From assembly GCA_047947115.1 (NCBI GenBank), contig CP170459.1, forward strand, positions 3,840,001 to 3,904,000: a DNA stretch of 64,000 nucleotides, written 5' to 3'. The translations under genes were made by a program, and so were the position numbers. Numbering within the stretch: the stretch's first letter is position 1; every line of letters starts with the position of its first letter. Under the pieces are notes generated by a model. It saw only the letters and a program-made list of their open reading frames with translations, searched no databases and was not told the origin of the DNA. Below are positions 11,150 to 19,783 of this stretch, in pieces. The DNA comes from Verrucomicrobiota bacterium. Lineage in GTDB: Bacteria > Verrucomicrobiota > Verrucomicrobiia > Limisphaerales > AAA164-E04.

Positions 11150-11746
11150 ATGGATTCAAAAGAATCAAATAACACATTCGCGAACATCGACAAGTTTCGC
11201 ATCACACAAGATTTCGACGATATCAGCGTCGAAACTGCCTATACCCACATCCCGTTGCGTAAACCCGGCAAAACCGAATTCTTTAGAGTTAATCCCTCCG
11301 AGGAATCCCGCGGCCAGTTCCTATTCCTGGATTACAGTGAACCAGGGGCCATGACCAAAGACAAATATTTGATTGTACCAGAGCTGGTGAATCAAATACC
11401 AGATGTCTCGGGTGTGAAAGCCCATTTGGTAGTGACGGCTGTATCCAGACCAGAGAATGCACCGTTTCTTTGGCCGATTCGTTTACCAAACAAGACAATG
11501 TTTGGTCCGGATACTTGGGCTCTCTCCGACCTGGACATATTGAAGAGATCAGAAGAGGAGTGGTTGCGTAAAGAAACGAAAGCCGGGGTTCAAGGCTACA
11601 TGGCCGTCATCAGCAAAGCCGATTGGCCGGAACCCGAATTCCCGAACCTGAGTTTCCAGGAGATGCTCGCTAAAGCCATACCAGAGGAACGAATTATAAA
11701 GGATCAAAGCCACACTGTGATCCGCAAGATTAGAGGGGAAATATGA
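11150..11746 (+). CDS. Hypothetical protein translationally coupled to the DNA polymerase
   Basis: 198 aa, AAGGA RBS, ATGA overlap with the polymerase start; LRKPGKTEFFRV and PFLWPIRLP motifs. Confidence 0.75.
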   Translation: MDSKESNNTFANIDKFRITQDFDDISVETAYTHIPLRKPGKTEFFRVNPSEESRGQFLFLDYSEPGAMTKDKYLIVPELVNQIPDVSGVKAHLVVTAVSRPENAPFLWPIRLPNKTMFGPDTWALSDLDILKRSEEEWLRKETKAGVQGYMAVISKADWPEPEFPNLSFQEMLAKAIPEERIIKDQSHTVIRKIRGEI

Positions 11747-13473
11747 ATCTGGCAGCCTTCAAGGAAATCTGGGTGATTGATTTCGAATACCAATCCCTAC
11801 CGGGTGAGAACCCAGATCCGCATTGCATAGTGGGTTTGGAAACCATCACCGGCAAGTCGATAAGAATGGGTGCAAAGGAACTTCGATCGTCGAAAGTTCC
11901 TCCATTCGGCATCGGCTCAGATTCCCTTGTCGTGGCTTACTACGTGCCAGCCGAGTTCAGTTGTTTTCTGGAACTCGGCTGGCCGTGTCCTGAAAATATT
12001 TTGGATCTTTGCGTAGAATTCAAGTGGCTGAAGTCAGGCGTGGCGGATGGACTCAAACGTGACTTGGTAGCAGCCCTGAAACACTTCCGACTTGATGCGA
12101 CGATCCCAGACGCGAAGGACGAATGGCGGCAACTTGCGATACGGGGAGGGCCGTTTACTACCCCGGAGATGGAAGGACTCATGGATTACTGTGCGGAAGA
12201 CGTATATGCGACGGCGGAGTTGTTGACTAAAATGCAGCCACAAATCGATCTCATCAGAGCTTTAATCAGAGGCTCATATTGCTGGTCTGTGGCCCTTATG
12301 GAACGCGCAGGTGTGCCAGTCGATATGGAGGCTTTGACGTTGTTGTGGGGGCAATGGAGCGCCATACAAAGCGGCCTAATAACCGCAACTGACAAATGGG
12401 AGATCTATGAGGGCAATACCTTCAAACGGGATCGGTTTGAGGCCTTCCTGAGGGATCACAAAATCCAATGGCCGAGGTTGGATTCCGGTCAACTCTGTTT
12501 AAAAGACGAGACATTCAGGCAACAGGCTAAAATCCATCCACGATTGATTGCCCCCTTGCACGAATTACGCACCACTTTGGGTAAACTGAAGTTAAACAGT
12601 TTGGCTGTCGGCAAAGATGGCCGCAACCGTGTGATGTTGTCCCCATTTCAATCAAAGACGGGACGCAACCAACCATCTAATTCCAAGTTCATTTTCGGAC
12701 CTGCTACTTGGATCCGAGGCCTTATAAAACCGGGTGCAGGCCGGGCGATTGCTTATATCGATTGGAGTCAACAGGAGCTTGGAATTGCGGCACGTCTTTC
12801 AGGCGATCGGAATATGATGGAAGCCTACTGTTCAGGGGACCCATACATCACTTTCGCGAGAATGGCGGGTGCTGTGCCGAAGGACGCTACCAAGCAAAGC
12901 CACCCAGCTGAAAGATCGCGATACAAACAGTGTATGCTTGCCGTCCAATACGGCATGGGAGCTGAGAGTTTGGCTCAAACTGCTTGCTTGGCTTTACTGG
13001 ATGCCAAAGTTCTTTTGCAAGCCCACAGGGACGCGTTCCCGGACTATTGGAAGTGGAGCCGACAAATAGAACAACAAGGATTTGGAAACGGGGAACTTCG
13101 ATCAGCGTTCGGTTGGCGTGTCCTTGTTAATTCGGACAGCCGTAGTGCCAGTGTTAAGAACTTCCCCGTCCAAGCCAACGGAGCGGAAATGTTGCGTCTG
13201 GCCATCATGAAAATGCACACGGCAGGGATCGAAGTAATCGCGCCGGTTCATGACGCAGTAATGATTGAGGCGGCTTCTTCTGAAATCGAAACCCATACGG
13301 TGAAGGCGCAAGAGTGCATGAGGTGGGCGAGCGAGCAGATCCTACCAGGATTCCCGCTGGATTCGGACGCAAAGATAGTCAAGTACCCTAACCGGTATAT
13401 GGACGAAGACCGGGGAACTGAAATGTGGAACACGGTCATGGGCATCGCAGGGGGTCCACTATATACCCACTAA
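11743..13473 (+). CDS. Family A DNA polymerase with 3'-5' exonuclease and no 5'-3' exonuclease (mobile-element type)
   Basis: Exo motifs IDFEY and YCAED; SKTGRN; motif A DWSQQELGIAA; motif B RSRYKQCMLAVQYGMG; motif C VHDA. Confidence 0.93.
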   Translation: MNLAAFKEIWVIDFEYQSLPGENPDPHCIVGLETITGKSIRMGAKELRSSKVPPFGIGSDSLVVAYYVPAEFSCFLELGWPCPENILDLCVEFKWLKSGVADGLKRDLVAALKHFRLDATIPDAKDEWRQLAIRGGPFTTPEMEGLMDYCAEDVYATAELLTKMQPQIDLIRALIRGSYCWSVALMERAGVPVDMEALTLLWGQWSAIQSGLITATDKWEIYEGNTFKRDRFEAFLRDHKIQWPRLDSGQLCLKDETFRQQAKIHPRLIAPLHELRTTLGKLKLNSLAVGKDGRNRVMLSPFQSKTGRNQPSNSKFIFGPATWIRGLIKPGAGRAIAYIDWSQQELGIAARLSGDRNMMEAYCSGDPYITFARMAGAVPKDATKQSHPAERSRYKQCMLAVQYGMGAESLAQTACLALLDAKVLLQAHRDAFPDYWKWSRQIEQQGFGNGELRSAFGWRVLVNSDSRSASVKNFPVQANGAEMLRLAIMKMHTAGIEVIAPVHDAVMIEAASSEIETHTVKAQECMRWASEQILPGFPLDSDAKIVKYPNRYMDEDRGTEMWNTVMGIAGGPLYTH

Positions 13474-13587
13474 TATTATTAATTAAGATACAATATAAGA
13501 TATATAATAAGAGGCCTACAGGGTACCCCAAATGGGCAGGGGTGCCCGTCCATTTGGGCAGGGGTGCCCGTCCATTTGGGTAGGGGT
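13471..13587. repeat. Putative replication origin: AT-rich tract plus 22-bp tandem repeats
   Basis: AT-rich 13471-13510; TGGGCAGGGGTGCCCGTCCATT at 13533 and 13555, partial third copy at 13577. Confidence 0.7.
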
Positions 13588-13603
13588 CACTTTTGAAGAG
13601 CAT

Positions 13604-13936
13604 ATGGCTGAGGAGCTATACATTCCAGACTGCATAGAGCAGAGGGGTTCCGGTAAACCTTTTGTCAAAGGGCCCATACCGTTGGATTGGGTGAAAAGTG
13701 CCTGCCAAGCCGGAGCGGCTGAGTTGGCTTGGTATTTGCGGTATAAGGAGGGTCTTGCCAAGTCCAAAACTATCCATATCAGACCGGGGGAGATGAAAGT
13801 CTTTGGTCTGTCTGAGAAAGTTCGAAGGCGGCAGGTGAAAGCTCTGGAGGTCGCTGGGTTAGTGAAAATTATTTCAAGGCCGGGTCAAAGTCACCGGCTT
13901 GTCATTTTGGACTCCCCAAGTGGTGGGGGGCTTTAG
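13604..13936 (+). CDS. Small winged-HTH-like protein (possible origin-binding factor)
   Basis: FVKGPIPLDW...FGLSEKVRRRQVKALEVAGLVKIISRPG wHTH pattern; start placed at ATG 13604 after the repeats. Confidence 0.7.
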   Translation: MAEELYIPDCIEQRGSGKPFVKGPIPLDWVKSACQAGAAELAWYLRYKEGLAKSKTIHIRPGEMKVFGLSEKVRRRQVKALEVAGLVKIISRPGQSHRLVILDSPSGGGL

Positions 13937-13947
13937 AAAGGAAAACA

Positions 13948-14217
13948 ATGGTAAAATTAGCAGAAAAGTCAAAGTCGATATACGACATCGCCCACAACCT
14001 CATCTGTGGGAAGTTGAGAAAAACAGGAAAGACACAAACTCCCGATGTAGCAATTGAAGAGCTGGTCCAACTTACTGGAGTCACTAAGGAGTTAGCCACC
14101 GATGCGGTTGAATATATTTTCTTCTGCTTGGAAGATATGTCTGGAACGTTCGATACCGAGGAGGAAGCTGATGAAAACGCACGGGAACTTCTGTGGTTCG
14201 TGTTTCAAGAAAAATGA
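13948..14217 (+). CDS. Hypothetical protein
   Basis: 89-aa ORF with AAGGA RBS, co-oriented, followed by a hairpin. Confidence 0.55.
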   Translation: MVKLAEKSKSIYDIAHNLICGKLRKTGKTQTPDVAIEELVQLTGVTKELATDAVEYIFFCLEDMSGTFDTEEEADENARELLWFVFQEK

Positions 14218-14225
14218 CATCAACC

Positions 14226-14252
14226 AGCCTGCCCCTGTTCCAGGGGTAGGCT
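14226..14252 (+). terminator. GC-rich hairpin closing the backbone operon
   Basis: AGCCTGCCCCTG-TTC-CAGGGGTAGGCT stem-loop; no U-tract. Confidence 0.4.
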
Positions 14253-15127
14253 CCCCATCATGGTGAAGTTTCATCACTGAAGGCGCCCTTGATGTAGGTT
14301 GTTGTCGTCATCAGGAACGGTCCTGCAAGTTGCAAGACCTGGCAACCTGGCTATAAGAACTCCACGGGCCAACCATAGCACCAGTCGTACCATGAGGTTT
14401 ACAAAAACAGCTTCTCGGCATATGAACGCTTCGTGATCGTAACGAAGGAAAGTTAGCTTACTCAAACTAAACACCCAAACGGCTAGCCCGCCTCGTACCG
14501 CTGTCCCGGTCAACCAGGGATGGCTTTGGAGGTTCTTTCACTCTCACTCATCCGGTTCGCTTTCGGTAATGGATGCGACTGTCACCAAGAGAGTAGGGGA
14601 GAGGCCTCTCCTGTTCAAATCTGAATTTTCTCCACCTCATCGAGAGTTATATCGTCTCGAGCGCGATCGTAACGTTTGGTTGCAGGTTTACCCCCGGTTC
14701 AGCAATTGGAAATGTTTCCCGGATTTATTGTGGAACGTAACACACGGTATCTTATTCGTGTTGAATGCTTCAAATGAAGCGCCGAAGATACCGAAGGAAA
14801 TGTTTACGTGCAGCTATGAAGCTACCGTTCGTTGCCAGAATCACAGATGGCGGCTGGTGACAGCTTCGCCATATTTGGGCCCACCAGCGCGGATGGAAGG
14901 GGCGTTCAACTCTGGCGCGCCCCGTCCTTTGAGGAAATCGCCGCGACCGAGGCGCAACAGAAATCAATCAACCAACAACAATGATCCGAGAATGTTCACA
15001 CTTACTGAATCAACACCCATGATCTTTGGTTGAGACGGATCGCCGTTAAAGAACCGAATGCATGACTTTACAAGGACAACCCAATTCTATTACGATGCGC
15101 AGAGACCACCAAACGGAAGGAACGAAC

Positions 15128-16810
15128 ATGACACGAGTGAACACTATTATGGCCGTGATGAGTTATTTGCTCGTCATTGCGATGAACGGAGAGGCAACCT
15201 CTTCGTCGCGCCCCAACATCCTGCTGATTGTTGCCGACGATCTTGCCTATACCGACATAGGCGCGTTCGGCGGTGAGATCCACACGCCAAATCTTGATGC
15301 GCTCGCCAGGGCAGGCGTTCGGTTTACCCAGTTTTACTCCGCACCCACTTGTTCTCCGACTCGTTCGATGCTGCTGTCAGGAATGGACAATCATCAGGCC
15401 GGTCTCGGTAACATGGCGGAAGACCTGCGCGAGAACCAAAAGGGACATCCTGGGTACGAGGGTTACCTGAACATGCGGGTAGCGGCCTTGCCCGAGCTGC
15501 TTCGGGAGGCGGGCTACCACACCTACATGGCCGGCAAGTGGCATCTCGGTATGACGGAGGAAACGAGTCCGGCCGCCCGCGGGTTCGAGCACTCGTTCGC
15601 ACTGTTGCAGGGTGGGGCCGGCCACTTCACCGACCTGCCTCTTGTTGGTCCGAACCCGGCCAGTTATCGCGAAGATGGCAAACCTGTCTCGTTGCCGGCC
15701 GATTTCTATTCGAGTAAAACTTACAGTGAACGCATCATCCAATATCTTGAAAACCGGCCGAACGACGGTCGTCCGTTTTTTGCCTATCTTGCGTTCACGG
15801 CACCACACTGGCCCTTGCAGGCACCCGCCGAATCCATAGCAAAGTATGCCGGACGTTACGACGCAGGTTACGATGCGTTGCAGGCGTCCCGATTCGCGCG
15901 GATGAAGCAACTGGGATTGGCGACTCCGGTCATGCAGATGACTCCACGGATTCCAGGCGAGAAAGCCTGGGAAGCGCTTAATGGTGAAGAGAGAAAAATC
16001 GCGGCGCGCAAGATGGAGATCTACGCCGCCATGGTCGACGATCTCGATCGCTATCTTGGCACCGTTCTCGAGACGCTCAAACGTCGCCGGGAGTTCGATA
16101 ATACCTTCATCTTTTTCATGTCCGACAACGGTCCCGAAGGCTCCAATCTCGACGTAGGCTGGGAGGACCTCAGCAAGTGGGTGGCGCAGTGCTGCGACAA
16201 CCGATTTGAAAACATGGGCAGTGACGATTCTTACCTGTGGTATGGCCCTAATTGGGCACGGGCTGGTACCCCTGCATTGCGGGGAATCAAGGGGTTTGCT
16301 TCAGATGGTGGTATCCGTGTGCCGGCCATTGCCCACTTCCCGAAATCTATTCCCGGAGGCTCTCTCCAACACAACCTGGCCACGGTCATGGATGTGATGC
16401 CGACGTTGCTGGATGTTGCCGGAGTCAAGCACCCGCCGACTTTTCAGGGACGCGAGGTGCTGCCTTTGCGGGGAACATCGATGATACCCGCTCTCACCGG
16501 CGCCCGTGCACGCGTGCATGCCGAGGACTATGTGATGGGATGGGAATTGTTCGGCAATCGGGCCATCCGCCAGGGTGATTGGAAGATCGTCTGGCGGACA
16601 GTGGAATCGAGCTATCCAACCGTGCCTCGTGACCCCGAAATCGCTCATGACGTCTGGCGACTGTACCATCTTGCCGAAGATCCGGGCGAGCGGGTCGATT
16701 TGGCGGGAACACATCGTGACGTGTTGCAGGCCATGGTGGCGCACTGGGAAACCTATGTCAGGGAGACCGGCCTGGTACTTCCGGATTACAAAGCCAGTGC
16801 AACCCCCTGA
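15128..16810 (+). CDS. Arylsulfatase (Cys-type)
   Basis: PNILLIVADD, CSPTRSMLLSG, GKWHLG, SDNG; GAAGGA RBS before ATG 15128. Confidence 0.92.
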   Translation: MTRVNTIMAVMSYLLVIAMNGEATSSSRPNILLIVADDLAYTDIGAFGGEIHTPNLDALARAGVRFTQFYSAPTCSPTRSMLLSGMDNHQAGLGNMAEDLRENQKGHPGYEGYLNMRVAALPELLREAGYHTYMAGKWHLGMTEETSPAARGFEHSFALLQGGAGHFTDLPLVGPNPASYREDGKPVSLPADFYSSKTYSERIIQYLENRPNDGRPFFAYLAFTAPHWPLQAPAESIAKYAGRYDAGYDALQASRFARMKQLGLATPVMQMTPRIPGEKAWEALNGEERKIAARKMEIYAAMVDDLDRYLGTVLETLKRRREFDNTFIFFMSDNGPEGSNLDVGWEDLSKWVAQCCDNRFENMGSDDSYLWYGPNWARAGTPALRGIKGFASDGGIRVPAIAHFPKSIPGGSLQHNLATVMDVMPTLLDVAGVKHPPTFQGREVLPLRGTSMIPALTGARARVHAEDYVMGWELFGNRAIRQGDWKIVWRTVESSYPTVPRDPEIAHDVWRLYHLAEDPGERVDLAGTHRDVLQAMVAHWETYVRETGLVLPDYKASATP

Positions 16811-16944
16811 CGCAGCAGCCGCTTCTTTATCCAATCAAAACCTTGGTGTGTCAGAAGGCAGATCATGCATGTTCCATCATTTCTTTTCTATTTTTTGAAG
16901 GGTTTTACCGATGGATTGCGCCATGATAGGTAGGCGAATATTGT

Positions 16945-17095
16945 ATGAGCGCATCAGAACCAACTGAATCACCTTCGGAACGCGAGTTATTCTTTGAAGC
17001 ATTGGGAAAAGCTTCGAGAAAAGAACGTGCCATTTTTCTGGACGGTGCCTGCTTCAATCGTCCGGATTTGCGGCGTCGGCTGGAGGAATTGTTGG
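16945..17095 (+). pseudogene. N-terminal fragment of a PVC-type Ser/Thr kinase
   Basis: ERELFFEAL...ERAIFLDGAC..PDLRRRLEELL leader; no kinase domain follows. Confidence 0.6.
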
Positions 17096-17265
17096 ATCTA
17101 ACGCCGAAAAGGTACCAAATGTTGCACAGGATCCCGAATGTTCTTATCAGGATTGTCATTAACCATGCATTCGACAAACTTGCGCATCCATCAGAACCCT
17201 ATGATGGATAGGTAATAGCCAGTAAGTAGTATGCACTTTGACGCTTGAATCAATGCGAAATTTAG

Positions 17266-18136
17266 GTGTCCCCTATAGGGATGCCCCGAATGAAAATATT
17301 ATCCAATCCGGAACGTGAAACGTATGATTCTCCACCACGTTTTAATTTACCAGAGCGAAAGGTGTTTTTCGATCTACCTCCGACGCTTATGCAAATTGCT
17401 GAAAATTTGCGTAATCCAGACAATCGTGCGTGTTTCATCGTTGCTTGTGGATATTTCAGAAGTACCAAGAGATTCTTTTCAGGAAAATGCCGACAGGAAG
17501 ATATTGATTATGTGGCCAAGAAGACAGGATTAACAATCGGTGATGAAACAAATCGCGGTCACGACCGATACAGAACTGTTCGACATCGGAAAGCGATAAT
17601 CGAGTTTTATGGATTCAAAGATTACGACACCGCTGCAAAAAGATTCTTGGAGAAGGAAATTGAAGCCATGGTGCAATCTCAGCTCAAGCCAAGACTCATT
17701 TTCTTTCGTTCAGTGGATATTTTGGTGGAACAAAAAGTTTCACCTCCTGGAAGCTCCTCATTGACCAAATTGATTCTGAACGTACTAAACCGCCACCGAC
17801 AATCCCTTATCGAAAGTGTGGATAGGATTCTTCCATTGGAAACACGCAAGGTATTGGATCATCTCACGGAAAAGGTAATCAACAAACATGACGAGCCGAT
17901 TAACCGCTACCGGCTGACACTTCTGAAAAAATGTTCCCAATCAACCAGGCCAACAAAGATCCGAGAAGGTGCCAGTGATCTTCAATTGCTCCGGAGTCTC
18001 CATGATTCCGTGTGCCCCATTGTCAAACAATTGGAGCTACCTCACGGTGCCATTCAATATTTCGCTAACAGCGTTATTCGATCGGACACATTCGACATAC
18101 TCCGAAGGACGGAGGAAGACCGGTATCTGCACCTAA
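17266..18136 (+). pseudogene. Tn3-family transposase N-terminus (DUF4158-like), truncated by IS1380
   Basis: MPRMKILSNPERETYDSPPRFN...CGYFRSTKRFF; coding breaks at the IS end at 18137. Confidence 0.75.
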
Positions 18137-19717
18137 CCCGGATATTTCATCAAAACCAGAAATACCCACAAATTGGTTTTCATTGTAGCTCAAGGTTGAG
18201 TTTGGAGAGGTCAGACGCACCTTTTTAAGGTTCTTTTCGAATTGAGGATACACTCCCCCAATCCCCCATTGTTTTTCGACGTGCCGGGGCAGCACTCTGG
18301 GCATGTTATCCTGTGTTCAGTTTGGCGTGAATATGTGCAAAGAGTTTTTGATAGGGGTATGCCTGACTCATCAATAATCGAATGCGTCTTGTGTTTTTCA
18401 GGACGATGGTTCCAATTTTGAACAGTTTCAGTCGGATGGTGCTGACCTGGGCTCGAGCCATTTCACTTCCTTTCAATCCAACTCGGCGGATGGTTTCCAT
18501 CAGCACATAGGCAGCACTGCTGAGCAGGAGTCGAAACTGATTGCTCCACCATTTATGACAACTGGTTCGGTCGGCGAATAATCCAAGCTGTTGTTCCTTG
18601 ATGCGGTTTTCCATTTCTCCCCGAGCACAATAAATCTTCTCGTAGATATGCTGGGCATTGCCCGAAAGGTTACTCACCACAAATCTGGGATTGCTGCCCT
18701 GTCGATTATGTTCCGCTTTAATGATCACCATTCTTTCCTGATCCCAGGAATGTGCCTTGTATTGGAGACAGGCAAAGTGGCGTTGTTTTTCACCAGTCTT
18801 TTCAAAGAGAACAGCGGATTCTGAAATAAGGTTTTGTCCTTGTTCAAGCAATCGTGGGTTTTGGGCGATTCCAACAACATACTTCACTTCATGAGGTTCG
18901 CACCAACGCAACATTCTCCAACGACAAAACCCGGAGTCTCCCCGGAAGATGATGCGTACTTTGGTCCATTTTAGGCGCAGGCGTTGAACCAGCAATTTGA
19001 GAATAGCCCATGCATGACGTGCAGGATCAATATTGCTTGGGCGTAGATAACTGACCAAGAGTTGCTCGCCACAAAAGACATAAAGAGGAAGGAAACACCA
19101 GCAATCGTAATACCCGTGAAAACTGCGTCTCTCCTGGCCGCCATGAACTCGATCATCAGTTGCGTCAAAATCCAGAATCAGTTCTTCCGGAGCTTTTTTG
19201 AAAGAGTTGATAAAAGTTTCAATCAAGACTTTCGAAAAATCCATCGCTGTTTGGCGATCTGCCCGAGCTTCAAAGCGACACAAAGTAGGACTGCTGGCAA
19301 GCGAATCAGAACGTTCCACAGCACTTTGAATGAGTGGATCCTTTCGGAGGCAATCGTGATCGTTGAGATCTTCGTATCCCAAGGCCAGGCCGTAAATGCG
19401 TTGACGCAACAAATCGAGAGTGGAATGAGCCGTCCGGCCAGATTGACGAGGATCGGTCATCACCTTGGAAATCGATTTGGTAAGACCAAGTAACCGATCA
19501 GCCTGCCTTAAAAACAAAGCACCACCGTCCGAGGAAATGTGACCACCGCTGAAAGAAGCCTCAATTTTTCGTCGTTCAAGGCTTGGAAACTCAAAAGAAA
19601 TCTGGTTACACTTTGTCATTAGCGGAGTTTTTACTGGTTTTTGTTTCAACACCAACAACCATATGGGATTATCCCAAAAACTTCGCTAATTTTTTTTAAT
19701 TTAATGAAATATCCGGG
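18137..19717 (-). mobile_element. IS1380-family element, copy 1 (1581 bp)
   Basis: Terminal IRs CCCGGATATTTCAT; near-identical to 35998-37578. Confidence 0.92.
18306..19658 (-). CDS. IS1380 transposase
   Basis: ISSDGG, GYEDLNDH, LDFDATD, RGDSGF, RGEMENRIKE. Confidence 0.93.
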   Translation of the reverse strand: MLVLKQKPVKTPLMTKCNQISFEFPSLERRKIEASFSGGHISSDGGALFLRQADRLLGLTKSISKVMTDPRQSGRTAHSTLDLLRQRIYGLALGYEDLNDHDCLRKDPLIQSAVERSDSLASSPTLCRFEARADRQTAMDFSKVLIETFINSFKKAPEELILDFDATDDRVHGGQERRSFHGYYDCWCFLPLYVFCGEQLLVSYLRPSNIDPARHAWAILKLLVQRLRLKWTKVRIIFRGDSGFCRWRMLRWCEPHEVKYVVGIAQNPRLLEQGQNLISESAVLFEKTGEKQRHFACLQYKAHSWDQERMVIIKAEHNRQGSNPRFVVSNLSGNAQHIYEKIYCARGEMENRIKEQQLGLFADRTSCHKWWSNQFRLLLSSAAYVLMETIRRVGLKGSEMARAQVSTIRLKLFKIGTIVLKNTRRIRLLMSQAYPYQKLFAHIHAKLNTG

Positions 19718-19783
19718 TTAGGGAGATTGTTTTGTTTGGACAGGATGAACAGGATGGACTGGATGATGGATTGATTCTTGGGT

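Noticed and set aside
11743..13473. Housekeeping polA
   Set aside because: It is too short, has no 5'-3' exonuclease, has divergent motifs and lies inside an integrated element.
13533..13587. CRISPR array
   Set aside because: The repeats are directly adjacent with no spacers, and there are no cas genes.
14569..15033. 154-aa ORF
   Set aside because: No recognisable motif and unconvincing composition; probably spurious or decayed.
19735..19772. Short CAGGATG-like repeats next to IS1380
   Set aside because: Three degenerate units only, with no assignable function.
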